Assembly: GCA_034520565.1 (NCBI GenBank)
Contig: JAXHNL010000002.1
Span: forward strand, 480,001-544,000
Source of the DNA: Halodesulfurarchaeum sp.
GTDB taxonomy: Archaea; Halobacteriota; Halobacteria; Halobacteriales; Halobacteriaceae
Reading direction: 5' to 3'
DNA: 64,000 nt
Translations under genes and position numbers: made by a program
Notes under the pieces: generated by a model
Told to the model about the DNA's origin: nothing
The model's input: only the letters and a program-made list of their open reading frames with translations
Databases searched by the model: none
Part shown: in pieces, positions 10,643 through 21,765 of the stretch
Layout: each line of letters begins with the position of its first letter
Position numbering within the stretch: position 1 is the stretch's first letter

Positions 10643-11617
10643 ATGACAGCTTCCGCGGCCGGGCGCCAGGAGATCTGGGTCGAGAAGTACCGACCCGAGC
10701 GCCTCGAGGACGTCGTCGGGCACGAGGCCATCATCTCGCGGGTGAAAAGTTACGTCGAGCGAGACGACGTCCCTAACCTGCTCTTTGCCGGGCCGGCGGG
10801 CACCGGGAAGACGGCCACATCCCAGGCCATCGCCAAGGAGCTCTACGGCGAGGACTGGCAGGAGAACTTCCTCGAACTCAACGCTTCCGACGAGCGCGGG
10901 ATCGACGTCGTCCGCGAGCGGATCAAGGACTTCGCCCGGACCTCCTTTGGCGGCTACAACTACCGGATCATCTTTCTCGACGAGGCAGACGCACTCACGT
11001 CTGACGCGCAATCCGCGCTTCGCCGGACGATGGAGCAGTTCTCGAAGAACACCCGATTCGTCCTCTCCTGTAACTACTCCTCGAAGATCATCGACCCGAT
11101 CCAGTCCCGCACCGCCGTCTTCCGGTTCTCCCCGATCGCCGACGAGGACGTGACCGACCGAGTCCGGGACATCGCCGAAACCGAGGGGCTCGAGTACACC
11201 GAGGACGGCCTCGACGCCCTGGCCTACGCGGCGGACGGTGACATGCGCCGGGCGATCAACGCCCTCCAGGCCGCGGCGGCCGCCGGCGGGGTGGTCGATG
11301 AGGAAAGCGTCTACGCCATCACGAGCACCGCCCGACCGGAGGAGATCGAGGAGATGATCGAGCGGGCCCTCGATGGTGACTTCACGGGCGCCCGCGCCCA
11401 CCTCGTTGATCTGATCACTGAGCGCGGACTCGCCGGCGGGGACATCATCGATCAACTTCACCGGTCGGTCTGGGAGTTCGACCTCGACGAGGAGGCCGCC
11501 GTCCACCTCATGGACCGCCTGGGAGAGGCCGACTACCGGATCAGCGAAGGAGCAAACGAACAGGTCCAACTCGAGGCGCTGCTCGCGTCGGTCGCGCTCG
11601 CCGCCAAAGACGACTAA
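10643..11617 (+). CDS. rfcS: Replication factor C small subunit
   Basis: [38 protein letters not shown]. Confidence 0.96.
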   Translation: MTASAAGRQEIWVEKYRPERLEDVVGHEAIISRVKSYVERDDVPNLLFAGPAGTGKTATSQAIAKELYGEDWQENFLELNASDERGIDVVRERIKDFARTSFGGYNYRIIFLDEADALTSDAQSALRRTMEQFSKNTRFVLSCNYSSKIIDPIQSRTAVFRFSPIADEDVTDRVRDIAETEGLEYTEDGLDALAYAADGDMRRAINALQAAAAAGGVVDEESVYAITSTARPEEIEEMIERALDGDFTGARAHLVDLITERGLAGGDIIDQLHRSVWEFDLDEEAAVHLMDRLGEADYRISEGANEQVQLEALLASVALAAKDD

Positions 11618-11684
11618 GACGGGCAGTTCGACCCGCTCCGGTGTCCCGGAACTGTTTTAGCCCCGCATCGGCCACTACCCTGCA

Positions 11685-14464
11685 ATGAGCGACCTCGAAG
11701 ACGCCTACCGCCTCGAATACTTCGAGACGGAGGACTTCGTTCGGAAGGAGTGTACGGAGTGTGGCTCCTTCTTCTGGACACGGGATCCCGACCGGGCGAC
11801 CTGTGGGGAACCCCCGTGTGACGAGTACGAGTTCATCGACACACCCGGGCTTCGACCGAGGAGTACACCCTCGAGGAGATGCGCGAGGCGTTCCTCTCCT
11901 TCTTCGAGGCCCACGACCACGAGCGGATCGACCCGTATCCGGTCGCGGCGAACCGGTGGCGGGACGACGTCCTGCTCACCCAGGCCTCGATTTACGACTT
12001 CCAGCCGCTCGTCACGTGCGGGCCAGACGCCGCCGCCGGCCGAACCCGCTGACGCATCTGCCAGCCCTGCATCCGGATGCAGGACATCGACAACGTGGGC
12101 AAGACCGGGCGCCACACGATGGCCTTCGAGATGATGGCCCACCACGCGTTCAACGCCCGCGAGGACGCCGAGGACCGAGTACGCCTACGAGGGCGAGGTG
12201 TACTGGAAGGACGAGACCGTCGAGCTCTGCGATGAGCTTCTTCGAGCGAACTGGGCGTCGACCTCGCGGAGATCACCTACATCGAGGACCCGTGGGTCGG
12301 CGGCGGGAACGCCGGCCCGGCGTTCGAGGTGCTCTACCGCGGGGCCGAACTCGCCACGCTCGTCTTCATGTCGATGGAGCAGGACCCGGACGGCGAGTAC
12401 GAGATGAAGGACGGGAACCGCTACAGCCCGATGGACACCTACATCGTCGACACCGGCTACGGGCTCGAGCGGTGGACCTGGGTGAGCCAGGGTACGCCGA
12501 CCGTCTACGAGGCAGTCTACCCCGAGATGATCGCGTTCCTCAAGGAGGCCGCGGGGATCGACCTGACCGAGGAAGAAGAGACCCTGATCCACCGGGCGGC
12601 AAAGCTCTCGGGGCGACTCGATATCGACGAGGCCGATGACGTCTCCGCGGCCCGAAAGACCATCGCCGAGGAACTCGGCGTCGATGCGGCGTACATCGAC
12701 GAACTCGTGTCGCCCCTCGAGGACATCTACGCCATCGCGGACCACGCCCGCACGCTCGCGTACATGTTCGGGGACGGTATCGTGCCGTCGAACGTGGGCA
12801 CCGGCTACCTGGCGCGGATGGTTCTCCGCCGAACCAAGCGGCTGGTCGACGAACTCGGCGTCGAGACGCCCATCGAAGACCTCGTCGATATGCAGGCCGA
12901 GCGACTGGGCTATGCGGACCGAAAAACGATCGCGGACATCGTTCGCTCGGAGGTCGAGAAGTACGAGGAGACCCTCGAACGGGGCGGTCGCCGGGTCAGA
13001 CAGATCGCCGAGGACCACGCCACACGAGACGAGGCGATCCCCGAGTCGACGCTCGTCGAACTCTACGACTCCCACGGCATCCAGCCGGACATGGTCGAGG
13101 AGATCGCCGCCGAGTACGGCGTCGACGTGGCAGTCCCGGAGAACTTCTACGGCCTCGTCGCGGCCCGCCACGACACCGGCACCACCGAGACGGCCCGGGC
13201 GGGCCAGGACGAGCGCTTTACCGACCTCCCCGAGACCGAACGCCTGTACTACGACGACGCCTATCGCACCGAGTTCGAGGCGATCGTCCTCGACGTCTTC
13301 GAACACGAGGAGGGCTACGACGTGGTCCTCGACCAGACGATGTTCTACCCGGAAGGCGGGGGCCAACCCGCCGACTACGGGACGCTCTCGACCGGAGAGC
13401 GGACCGTCGAGGTGAAAGACGTCCAGATCGAGGACGGCGTGATCCGTCACCATACCGACGCGGACCCGGGCAAAGGCGAGTTCGTGACCGGCCAGATCGA
13501 CGTCGAACGCCGACGGCGGCTCATGCGCCACCACACGGCCACCCACGTCGTCATCGACGCGGCCCGCTCGGTGCTCGGCGATCACGTCCGCCAGGCCGGC
13601 GCCCAGAAGGGGACCAGTTCCTCCCGGATCGACATCCGGCATTACGAGCGCCTGGATCGGGCGACCGTCGAGGAGATCGAGCGCTGGGCGAACGAGACAG
13701 TGATGGCCGACCTCCACGTCCACCAGGAGTGGCCCAACCGCCACGAGGCAGAGGAAACCTACGGCTTTGACCTCTATCAGGGAGGGATTCCGCCCGGGAA
13801 GAACATCCGGCTGATCCACGTCGGCGAGGACGTCCAGGCCTGCGGTGGCACCCACGTCGCCCGCACGGGCGAGATCGGGTCGATCAAGATCCTCTCCACG
13901 GAGCGGGTGCAGGACGGCGTCGAACGACTCACCTTCGCCGCGGGCGAGGCCGCCGTCGAGCACGTCCAGTCGATGGAGCGGAACCTGCAGGTGGCCGCCG
14001 AGACCTTCGACGTCACCCCCCAGGAGGTCCCGGAGACGGCGAATCGCTTTTTCGAGGAGTGGAAAGAACGGGGCAAGCAGATCGATCGGCTGAAAGACCA
14101 GCTCGCCGAGGCCCGAGCGTCCGGAGAGTCGACGGGCGAACTGGTCGAGATCGGCGACTGGGAGGCTGTCGTCAAACGGCTCGACGTCGACATGGACGAA
14201 CTCCGCGCCACGGCCAACGCGATCGGCGAGGAGGGCACCGTCGCTGTCGTGGGAAGCGGCGTCGACGGGGCACAGTTCGTCGTCGCCGCGCCAGAAGGCG
14301 CCCCAGTTGACGCAGGTACCCTCGTCGCGGAGCTGGCCAGCCGGGTCGGCGGCGGTGGCGGCGGCCCCCCGGACTTCGCGCAGGGTGGCGGCCCGAACGT
14401 GGACGCGTTGGACGATACACTCGACGCCGTCCCGGAACTTCTCAAAGCGAGCGTCGAAGCCTGA
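11685..14464 (+). CDS. alaS: Alanine--tRNA ligase (several frameshifts at ~11850-12260)
   Basis: Archaeal AlaRS N-terminus ([28 protein letters not shown]), [28 protein letters not shown]-Ala domain. Confidence 0.95.
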
Positions 14465-14482
14465 GAAAAAGCGGCGGGCCCT

Positions 14483-14641
14483 TCAGGCCCGGTCGATGTC
14501 CAGTTCCTCCTGAAGCGCCTCGAAAGACGACTCCGAGAGTTCGGTCAGCCGCTCGCGGAAGTGATCCTCGCAGAGCCCGACACGTACGCCGTCGGTTTCG
14601 GCGACGACGTCGGCAGTCCGCCCACAGTAATGACACTCCAT
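14483..14641 (-). CDS. Small Zn-finger-like protein (52 aa)
   Basis: MECHYCGR...GLCEDHF; acidic haloarchaeal composition. Confidence 0.75.
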   Translation of the reverse strand: MECHYCGRTADVVAETDGVRVGLCEDHFRERLTELSESSFEALQEELDIDRA

Positions 14642-14673
14642 GTGAGTGCCTTCTCGCCCGACCACCCTGAACG

Positions 14674-15483
14674 TCACGGCTCCGGCGAAAGCGCGGCCTC
14701 GAACTCGCGGTACTCGTCCGGGTCGAGACCGGCCGCACCGAGTTCGGTGCCGTGGGCGTCGCTCCCGCCCGTCAGGAGCAGATCGTACTCGGCGATCGTC
14801 GATTCCAAAAGCGACTCGTCCACGATCGGTTCGCCGGTGACCGGGCGGTCGTAGGGATAGTACCGCTCCACGGCGTCGAGCGCGGCACAACGCTCGAGTG
14901 CGGCCGCTGGATCCGAGTAGCGAAACGGATGGGCGAGACCGACGACCTGGGCGGCTTCCGTGAGGAGGGCAACCCCGCGCTCGAACGTGGGAACGTCGCG
15001 GGAGACAAAGCAGGGCCGGCCGTCGCCAATGAGATCCTCGAATACCGCCTCGATCGATTCGTACGCCGTCTCCGGGTGGGCCACGACCGCCCGGGCGATG
15101 TGGGGACGACCGGTCCGTTCGCCGATCGAAATGTCGAGTTCGACCCCGAGTTCGGCCTCCAGACACGACACGATTTCCCGTCCACGCCGCACTCGATCCG
15201 CCCCGATTCGCTCGGTTTCGACGCGCAATTCGGGGGTCGGTTCCAGCCCGTACCCGAGCAAGTCCACCCGCTGGACCGGCGTTTCGACCCGGAGTTCGAT
15301 CCCGTGGACCACGGTGATCCCGTCCAGTTCGACGACCGGGGCCTCGAGGACCGGGTGGACCCGGTCGTGGTCGGTGACGGCAACGACCGCGAGGTCGGCG
15401 GCTCGGGCGGCCGGCGGAATCTCGTCGATGGAGAGCTGCCCGTCCGAGTTCCGCGTGTGGACGTGCAGGTCCGCATAGACCAT
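14674..15483 (-). CDS. PHP-domain metal-dependent phosphoesterase
   Basis: DLHVHTRNSDG, VTDHD, GRPHIA, LAHP, GGSDAH. Confidence 0.92.
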   Translation of the reverse strand: MVYADLHVHTRNSDGQLSIDEIPPAARAADLAVVAVTDHDRVHPVLEAPVVELDGITVVHGIELRVETPVQRVDLLGYGLEPTPELRVETERIGADRVRRGREIVSCLEAELGVELDISIGERTGRPHIARAVVAHPETAYESIEAVFEDLIGDGRPCFVSRDVPTFERGVALLTEAAQVVGLAHPFRYSDPAAALERCAALDAVERYYPYDRPVTGEPIVDESLLESTIAEYDLLLTGGSDAHGTELGAAGLDPDEYREFEAALSPEP

Positions 15484-15579
15484 ACCTGAGCGGGAACGGC
15501 CGGCCCCAAACCACTTTCGCCGGGCCGAAATCGGCGATACATTGATAACAATACCCACACAAGATACGGAATACCTCTC

Positions 15580-15753
15580 ATGTCACTGGGATCTTACGAC
15601 GAACAGGAGCACGAGCGCCGAGAGCGGAAGAATTCGAGCCTCGATCTCTCCGAGGACGACACCCGATCGAGCTACCAGGGGTCCGTGGAGTTCGATTCGG
15701 GGGAGTCCGCCGAGGATCTCCTCGACCAGTTCCACGAGATCACCGACCAGTGA
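15580..15753 (+). CDS. Small acidic conserved haloarchaeal protein (57 aa, DUF5786-like)
   Basis: Hand-translated MSLGSYDEQEHERRERKN...GSVEFDSGESAEDLLDQF; below the ORF-track cutoff. Confidence 0.7.
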   Translation: MSLGSYDEQEHERRERKNSSLDLSEDDTRSSYQGSVEFDSGESAEDLLDQFHEITDQ

Positions 15754-15808
15754 GTCGACCGATTCGGCGAGTCCACGGTGGGTTTCGGTTCGGTCGCGTC
15801 GATCGACC

Positions 15809-16015
15809 ATGACCGACAGATGTGACGGCTGTGGCAGCGAGATCCCGGTGGCCGGTGGCATCGCGAACTTCTGGCCGATGGATTCGACCGAGACCGGCGG
15901 TATGACCCTCGAACTCGTCGACGGCTCGGAGCACGACCTCTGTTTTGACTGTATCGAGGCGCTCCCGGAGGACGCCACCGCGACGGACGTCGCCGCCCTC
16001 GATGGCGAGAAATAG
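15809..16015 (+). CDS. Small CxxC zinc-finger protein
   Basis: CDGCG ... LCFDCI; ATG at 15809. Confidence 0.72.
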   Translation: MTDRCDGCGSEIPVAGGIANFWPMDSTETGGMTLELVDGSEHDLCFDCIEALPEDATATDVAALDGEK

Positions 16016-16038
16016 TCGGGAACCGGGCCAGCGGAACG

Positions 16039-16122
16039 TTACAGGAAGGAAACGCCATAGAGGATTGCAGAGCCGAGCATCAGGAAGACCAGGAACAGCG
16101 CCATGAGTTGTTGGCGATCCAT
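16039..16122 (-). CDS. Putative 27-aa single-TM microprotein
   Basis: Hand-translated MDRQQLMALFLVFLMLGSAILYGVSFL*; fills the intergenic gap. Confidence 0.55.
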   Translation of the reverse strand: MDRQQLMALFLVFLMLGSAILYGVSFL

Positions 16123-16178
16123 ACCCGCGTTCCGGTCTGCAGGAATTTAGCGGTTTGGTCCGGCTGCACGGGCCGTGG

Positions 16179-17198
16179 TCAATCCACGACGGCATCGAGG
16201 ACCACGTGGGCGACGCCCTCGCTGTGGGACTTGATCCGGTGGCGATCGACCGACCTGACGGTCCGGTCGGCAGCCTCGACAGCCGCTTTCAGCCGATCGA
16301 CGGGTCGATCCCAGAGCAGGGCTTCGGGGGTCGCCTCGTGCATGTGCACGGTTCCCCCGGGTTCCAGAGCCGCGAGCGCGGGTTCGAGGTACTCGTGGGC
16401 GTCGTAGTAGCCCATCACCACCCGGTCGTAGCGGTCCCCGGCCTCGACGCGGAGCGGGACGGTCTCTCGGCAATCGCCGAGAAAGAGCGAGACTCGATCC
16501 TCGACCTCGTTGAGCCGGGCGTTCTCAGTAAGGAACTGGAAGGCGACCGGGTTCTTCTCGATCGCGGTGACCGTCGCGCCGGCCCGTGCCATGGGCAACG
16601 TGAAGTAGCCGATCCCGGCGAACATGTCGAGGACCAGCTCCCCGTCCCCGACGATCTCCCCCATCCGAGCCCGTTCGGCCTTGTTCCCCGGGGCGAACAT
16701 CACCCGCGAGAGGTCCATCGCGTAGTGGGTGCCGTGCTCGGTGTGGACCGTTTCGGTGTCGCCCTCGCCGGCGACGACCTCGACTGCGGGTTCGCGGTGC
16801 TCGCCGGAAACCCCGCCGCGAGCGAGGACCGTGTCGGCCCCGCGATGGAGTTCGAGAAGGGCCTCCCCCACCGCTTCGCGGCGCTCACAGTCGTCAAAGC
16901 GCACGAGGATCACGCTCCCGATGACCGCCCACGAGCCCGGGGCGCGCTCGATTTCGGCCGCCGAGAACCCGCGTTCGCGGAGCAGCGTCGAGAGGTCGGT
17001 TACCCGCGGTTCGGGGTCGACCTGCTCGATCACGTCCCGTACCCGGGTGTCCCGTGGCGGCTCGGTGACCGGGATCGCGACCGTCTCGTCGTCGTACTCC
17101 ACGAGTCGACGGCTGTCGTCGTGGACCCCCTCCTCGCGGAGCGAGGCGATCGCCACGTCGACGTCGGGTTTGGCCACGAGGGCGGCGAGGACGTTCAT
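16179..17198 (-). CDS. Trm5/Taw2-family SAM-dependent tRNA-modifying enzyme
   Basis: VMFAPGNKAER, DMFAGIGYF, EKNP, DRVVMG. Confidence 0.85.
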   Translation of the reverse strand: MNVLAALVAKPDVDVAIASLREEGVHDDSRRLVEYDDETVAIPVTEPPRDTRVRDVIEQVDPEPRVTDLSTLLRERGFSAAEIERAPGSWAVIGSVILVRFDDCERREAVGEALLELHRGADTVLARGGVSGEHREPAVEVVAGEGDTETVHTEHGTHYAMDLSRVMFAPGNKAERARMGEIVGDGELVLDMFAGIGYFTLPMARAGATVTAIEKNPVAFQFLTENARLNEVEDRVSLFLGDCRETVPLRVEAGDRYDRVVMGYYDAHEYLEPALAALEPGGTVHMHEATPEALLWDRPVDRLKAAVEAADRTVRSVDRHRIKSHSEGVAHVVLDAVVD

Positions 17199-18286
17199 GA
17201 CTCGGGAAGCACGTAGAGGGTTTCGGCTGTTCGAAACACGTCGACGGTCGCCACGTCGGGGTCGAAGTAGGTGGGGCGGGCCACCGTGCGCGTCACGCTC
17301 GTTTTCGGATCGAGAACCTGCACGGCGTGCTCGTCCGGGACCGAGACGACCGCCGTTTCCCTGGCTTCGTCACGTGAGCCCACCTTCGTGGCTCCCGGGA
17401 CGGTCCCGTCCTCGAAGTTCGTCTCGAACGGGTCGCCGGTCTCGACGTCGACCCCCTTGAGATTGCCGCGGACGCCTTCCACGAGCACCGGCCCCTCGGC
17501 CGCCGGGACCTCAATGATGTCCCCCGGTCGGAAGGCCGGCAGGCGAACGGCGTAGGTCACGCGGTAGACCTCGTTCCCGTCCCTGTCCTCGGTAACCAGT
17601 GTCTCGGAGTCGGACATCGAGCCCCCGAACTCCTCGATCAGCTTCATCGCCACCCGTCGCCCGAGCTTCGTCGTCGAGAGTTTGATGTCCGGGCCGTGGC
17701 CCTCGTCGGTGACCTCGGTCACGAAGGCCTCCCGGTCGCCCTTCGCCTCCATCTCCTCGGTGAGCTGGTGGGCGATCTCGACGGCCCGGTCGGCCTCCTC
17801 CTGACGGGGGTGCCGGTCGCTGGCGCGAACCTGGACGACACTCGCATAGGAGTTGCCGGCGATGCGACCACACCGCCGACAGGTGCCCCGGCCGATCGAG
17901 ACCCGGATGGGCTGTTCGACGTCGATCGGCCGGTCCCGGACGGTGGCCAAAAAGGTGGCGTGCAGCACGATCGTGTTCCGGTCGATCTGTTCGGGCTCGA
18001 CCGTCCAGGAGAAGTCCTCGGCGTCCCGATGGGCTTTGACCGCCTCGGTGGCCTCCTCGATGGCCACCTCGGTGAGGTCGCGAGCGCCCACATCGACCCA
18101 CTGGTCGCCCCGCTTGACCGCTCCGCAGCGGGCACAGACGGTAACCTCGACCGTCTCGGGGGCGTCGAGCAGTTCGAAGTCCTCGAGATAGCAGTCGGTG
18201 CAGAGCCCCCGCTCGGTCTCCCCCACGATATCGGGGTCGACGGGATCGCCACACCGGGGACAGAAGGTCCCGGAATCCGTCGTCAT
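17195..18286 (-). CDS. NMD3-family ribosome export/biogenesis protein
   Basis: Four CxxC pairs; YASVVQVR; YRVTYAVRLP. Confidence 0.9.
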   Translation of the reverse strand: MTTDSGTFCPRCGDPVDPDIVGETERGLCTDCYLEDFELLDAPETVEVTVCARCGAVKRGDQWVDVGARDLTEVAIEEATEAVKAHRDAEDFSWTVEPEQIDRNTIVLHATFLATVRDRPIDVEQPIRVSIGRGTCRRCGRIAGNSYASVVQVRASDRHPRQEEADRAVEIAHQLTEEMEAKGDREAFVTEVTDEGHGPDIKLSTTKLGRRVAMKLIEEFGGSMSDSETLVTEDRDGNEVYRVTYAVRLPAFRPGDIIEVPAAEGPVLVEGVRGNLKGVDVETGDPFETNFEDGTVPGATKVGSRDEARETAVVSVPDEHAVQVLDPKTSVTRTVARPTYFDPDVATVDVFRTAETLYVLPES

Positions 18287-18484
18287 TGCCCGGGGCTATG
18301 CCGTCGAGGGGTTAAAGTGGCCCGTCATAGCCGCCGATCGGTGGGACTCCGGTCCCGGCTCCAGGGGACCCGGGCGGTGCGTATTGCACCGCCGGCCGTT
18401 CCGTTGCACCGCTCCGAATGGAGCGGACGCCTCGCCACCGTGCCGGAAAGGGTTTCTATCTCGATACGCAATCCCAGAGCACGC

Positions 18485-19366
18485 ATGGAGTGGAAAGCTG
18501 ACTGGGGCCTGCGGCTTCGGATGGGCGTGACGATGTTCCTGCTCTTCGTCCTCTACATCGTCTTCGCCGGCGTGATCACCGTCTACCTGGGCGGTGGCGC
18601 GACCATGATGCTCCTCTTTTTCGGGGGGTTCTCGCTCGTCCAGTGGTTCTTCAGCGACAAGCTCACCCTCTGGTCGATGGGCGCCAAAGAGGTGACCCCG
18701 GAGGAGCAGCCAAAGTTGCACGCGACGATCTCCCGGCTCTCCCAGCAGGCTGACCTCCCGAAGCCGAAGGTGGCCGTCGTCGACTCGCAGGTGCCAAACG
18801 CCTTCGCGACGGGCCGCTCGAAGAACAACGCCGCCGTGGCCGTCACGACGGGCATCATGCAGACCCTCGACGAGGACGAACTCGAGGGGGTCCTCGCTCA
18901 CGAACTCTCCCACATCAAGAACCGGGACATGACGGTGATGACGATCGCCTCGTTCCTCTCGACGCTCGCCTTCATCGTCGTCCGCTGGGGCTGGCTGTTC
19001 GCCGGTGGCCGGAACCGCCAGGGCGGGGGCGCACCGGTCTTCGTGGCGATCGCCGTCTCGATCGTGGTCTGGATCATCTCCTTCCTGCTCATCCGGGCGC
19101 TCTCGCGGTACCGGGAGTACGCCGCGGACCGCGGGGCCGCGATGATCAGCGGGAAGCCGTCGAAACTGGCCTCGGCGCTGTTGAAGATCGACAACCGGAT
19201 CGATCGGGTTCCCAAGGAGGACCTCCGGGACGAGGCCGAGATGAACGCCTTCTTCATCATCCCGATCAAGGCCGGATTCGTCGGCAAGCTCTTCAGCACC
19301 CACCCACCGACCGAACGCCGCGTCGAGCGCCTCCGTGATCTCGAAAAGGAGATCGAGACGGTCTAA
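18485..19366 (+). CDS. htpX: Zinc metalloprotease HtpX
   Basis: PNAFATG, AHELSH, SRYREYAAD, STHPP. Confidence 0.95.
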   Translation: MEWKADWGLRLRMGVTMFLLFVLYIVFAGVITVYLGGGATMMLLFFGGFSLVQWFFSDKLTLWSMGAKEVTPEEQPKLHATISRLSQQADLPKPKVAVVDSQVPNAFATGRSKNNAAVAVTTGIMQTLDEDELEGVLAHELSHIKNRDMTVMTIASFLSTLAFIVVRWGWLFAGGRNRQGGGAPVFVAIAVSIVVWIISFLLIRALSRYREYAADRGAAMISGKPSKLASALLKIDNRIDRVPKEDLRDEAEMNAFFIIPIKAGFVGKLFSTHPPTERRVERLRDLEKEIETV

Positions 19367-19367
19367 C

Positions 19368-19964
19368 ATGGGAATTCTCGACAGCTTCCGGAAGATCTTC
19401 GGCAGTCAGGCCGCGGCCGACGCCACCCGCGCAGCCGACCCCGACGACCTGTTCCAGTTGACCGCGGCCTCGGTGACGATGACCGTCGACCTCGATTACG
19501 AGCCCGGGGACACCGCGGGACTGGTCTTCTCCGCGATGGACTCGACGGATTTCACGAGCGCGCTGCGGGACGTCGAGGCGGTCCTCGAGGGCAGCGGCTG
19601 GTCGCAGGTCCACGAGGACGACCACGGGTATACCTGGGCGGTCGCGACCCGCGACGGGTTCGAGGAACTCGTCGCGGACCTCTACGTCGCCGCCGACACC
19701 CTCGAGGATCGGGGCTACGGCAACCGGCTGCTCGCGGCGGTCTTCCACTTCGAACCCGAAGCCGGCGGCGACGGTGTCTACTGGATCTACTCGTTCCGCC
19801 GCGGCTCCTTCTATCCATTCGCACCGCGTGGCACGTCGGACCGAAACGACTCCCTGGAGGTCAAACTCCAGTCGGTCATGGACGACGAACTCGACGTCGA
19901 GGAGGACACGGCCTACTGGTATCCGCTCTGGCCGGACCGGGCCGGCGCCCACCCCTGGGAATAA
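19368..19964 (+). CDS. PspA-associated PspAB-like conserved protein
   Basis: YWIYSFRRGSFYPFAP, WYPLWP; typical htpX-radA neighbour. Confidence 0.75.
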   Translation: MGILDSFRKIFGSQAAADATRAADPDDLFQLTAASVTMTVDLDYEPGDTAGLVFSAMDSTDFTSALRDVEAVLEGSGWSQVHEDDHGYTWAVATRDGFEELVADLYVAADTLEDRGYGNRLLAAVFHFEPEAGGDGVYWIYSFRRGSFYPFAPRGTSDRNDSLEVKLQSVMDDELDVEEDTAYWYPLWPDRAGAHPWE

Positions 19965-20066
19965 AACCTTGTGCCAAGCCTCGAATCGGCCGGTTCCCCT
20001 GTGGCGATTTCACTTTCACTTTGGTGTTTACGAATGTTTATCCCCGGAGCCGCACAATCCCCGCCC

Positions 20067-21101
20067 ATGGCAAGTGACGCGGATCTCGAAGACCTGCCGG
20101 GCGTGGGGCCAGCGACTGCCGACAAGCTCATGGACGCCGGTTTCGACTCCTACGAGGGACTGGCGGTCGCCTCACCGGGCGAGTTGTCGAACACGGCCGA
20201 CGTGGGCGAATCGAGCGCGGCCGACATCATCAACGCGGCCCGCGAGAAGGCAGACGTCGGGGGCTTCGAGAGCGGCCGGGACGTCCTCGAGCGCCGGGAG
20301 CAGATCGGCAAACTCACCTGGGGGGTCGACGCGGTCGACGACCTGCTGGGCGGCGGCTCGGAAACCCAGTCCATCACGGAGGTCTACGGCGAGTTCGGCT
20401 CCGGGAAGTCCCAGATCACCCACCAGCTCTGTGTCACCGTCCAGCTCCCCGAGGCGTACGGCGGCCTCAGGGGAAGTGCCATCTTCGTCGACAGCGAGGA
20501 CACGTTCCGCCCCGAGCGGATCGACGACATGGTGCGGGGGCTCGACGACGAGACCCTCCAGGCGACGATGGACGACCGGGAAATCGAGGGCAGCCCCGAC
20601 GACGACGCGGCGATGGAAACCCTGATCGAGGACGTCCTCGACAAGATCCACGTCGCGAAGGCCTTCAACTCGAACCACCAGATCCTGCTGGCCGAGAAGG
20701 CAAAGGAGGTCGCCTCCGAGCACCAGGACAGCGAGTGGCCGGTCCGCCTGCTCAACGTCGACTCGCTCACCGCCCACTTCCGGGCGGAGTACGTCGGTCG
20801 GGGCGAACTCGCCGACCGCCAGCAGAAGCTCAACAAGCACCTGCACGACCTGTTGCGAATCGGCGACCTCTACAATACTGCGGTGGTCGTGACCAACCAG
20901 GTCCAGTCGAACCCCGATGCCTTCTTCGGCGACCCGACCAAGCCGATCGGCGGGAACATTCTGGGCCACACCTCCACGTTCCGCATCTACCTCCGGAAAT
21001 CCAAGGGTAGCAAGCGGATCGTACGGCTCGTCGACGCCCCGAACCTCGCGGACGGGGAAGCAGTCATGCGCGTCGAGGACGGCGGCCTCATGCCCGAGTG
21101 A
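20067..21101 (+). CDS. radA: DNA repair and recombination protein RadA
   Basis: Hh[30 protein letters not shown]. Confidence 0.97.
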   Translation: MASDADLEDLPGVGPATADKLMDAGFDSYEGLAVASPGELSNTADVGESSAADIINAAREKADVGGFESGRDVLERREQIGKLTWGVDAVDDLLGGGSETQSITEVYGEFGSGKSQITHQLCVTVQLPEAYGGLRGSAIFVDSEDTFRPERIDDMVRGLDDETLQATMDDREIEGSPDDDAAMETLIEDVLDKIHVAKAFNSNHQILLAEKAKEVASEHQDSEWPVRLLNVDSLTAHFRAEYVGRGELADRQQKLNKHLHDLLRIGDLYNTAVVVTNQVQSNPDAFFGDPTKPIGGNILGHTSTFRIYLRKSKGSKRIVRLVDAPNLADGEAVMRVEDGGLMPE

Positions 21102-21102
21102 T

Positions 21103-21121
21103 CCGTCACGGTTCGTGACGG
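21103..21121 (+). terminator. Hairpin immediately after the radA stop (possible terminator/processing site)
   Basis: CCGTCACG-GTT-CGTGACGG perfect 8-bp stem. Confidence 0.35.
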
Positions 21122-21364
21122 TTCCGGGATAGGATCGAAGGCGTGGGCGGGCAAACGCCCCGGCAAACGGACGATTTTGCGGCCCGTTTGGCGCTTCAAA
21201 ACCACGTTTGGGTGGGTAGTGAGCGTCTCGCCCACGACGGTGAGGGTCTCGGGACCCGTTTGGCGCTGCCAAACGCCCTTGAGGATGGCGGGAGATTCCC
21301 GCAATCTTGGAATGAAAATGCATTACTACGCTGAACGACGTAGGCATACTGTGGTGGACGCAAA

Positions 21365-21760
21365 ATGACCGGCTATGCAATCGTCCTCGCCTCCGAGGAG
21401 TTCGAACGAGTGCAGGCAGTGAGCATGATCGCGAGCGTCGCTGCCTCCTCGGACGTTCCAGTGGAGGTCTTCGTGACGATGAACGGACTCAACGCCTTCG
21501 AGAAAGAGACGGTGGAAAATCGGGACTTCACGGGCGGTCGCGTCGCGAAAGCGATGCAATCCGCCGAGAACGAGAGTCCACTTTTCACCGAGCAGCTCGA
21601 AAAGGCAAAGGCCATCGGCCCACTCAACGTGTACGCGTGTGAGATGGCGATGGACGTGCTCGGAAACGAGATCGAGGATTACGTCGACGTCTTCGACGAC
21701 GTGCTGGGCGTTTCCGGGTTCCTGAACCGCGCACAAGACAAACAGATCATCTTCGTATAA
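21365..21760 (+). CDS. DsrE/DsrF/DrsH-like sulfur-relay protein
   Basis: VFVTMNGL, VYACEMAMD, VLGVSGFL, IIFV end. Confidence 0.85.
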   Translation: MTGYAIVLASEEFERVQAVSMIASVAASSDVPVEVFVTMNGLNAFEKETVENRDFTGGRVAKAMQSAENESPLFTEQLEKAKAIGPLNVYACEMAMDVLGNEIEDYVDVFDDVLGVSGFLNRAQDKQIIFV

Positions 21761-21765
21761 CAACA

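Noticed and set aside
11850-12260. Programmed frameshifting or split alaS
   Set aside because: Multiple scattered single-base insertions with no slippery motif; best explained as read errors.
12185-13963. Long antisense/shadow ORFs (e.g. 12185..13963, 24222..26291, 33506..34996, 58400..60307)
   Set aside because: They overlap well-supported genes on the other strand or frame; typical stop-codon scarcity in GC-rich DNA.
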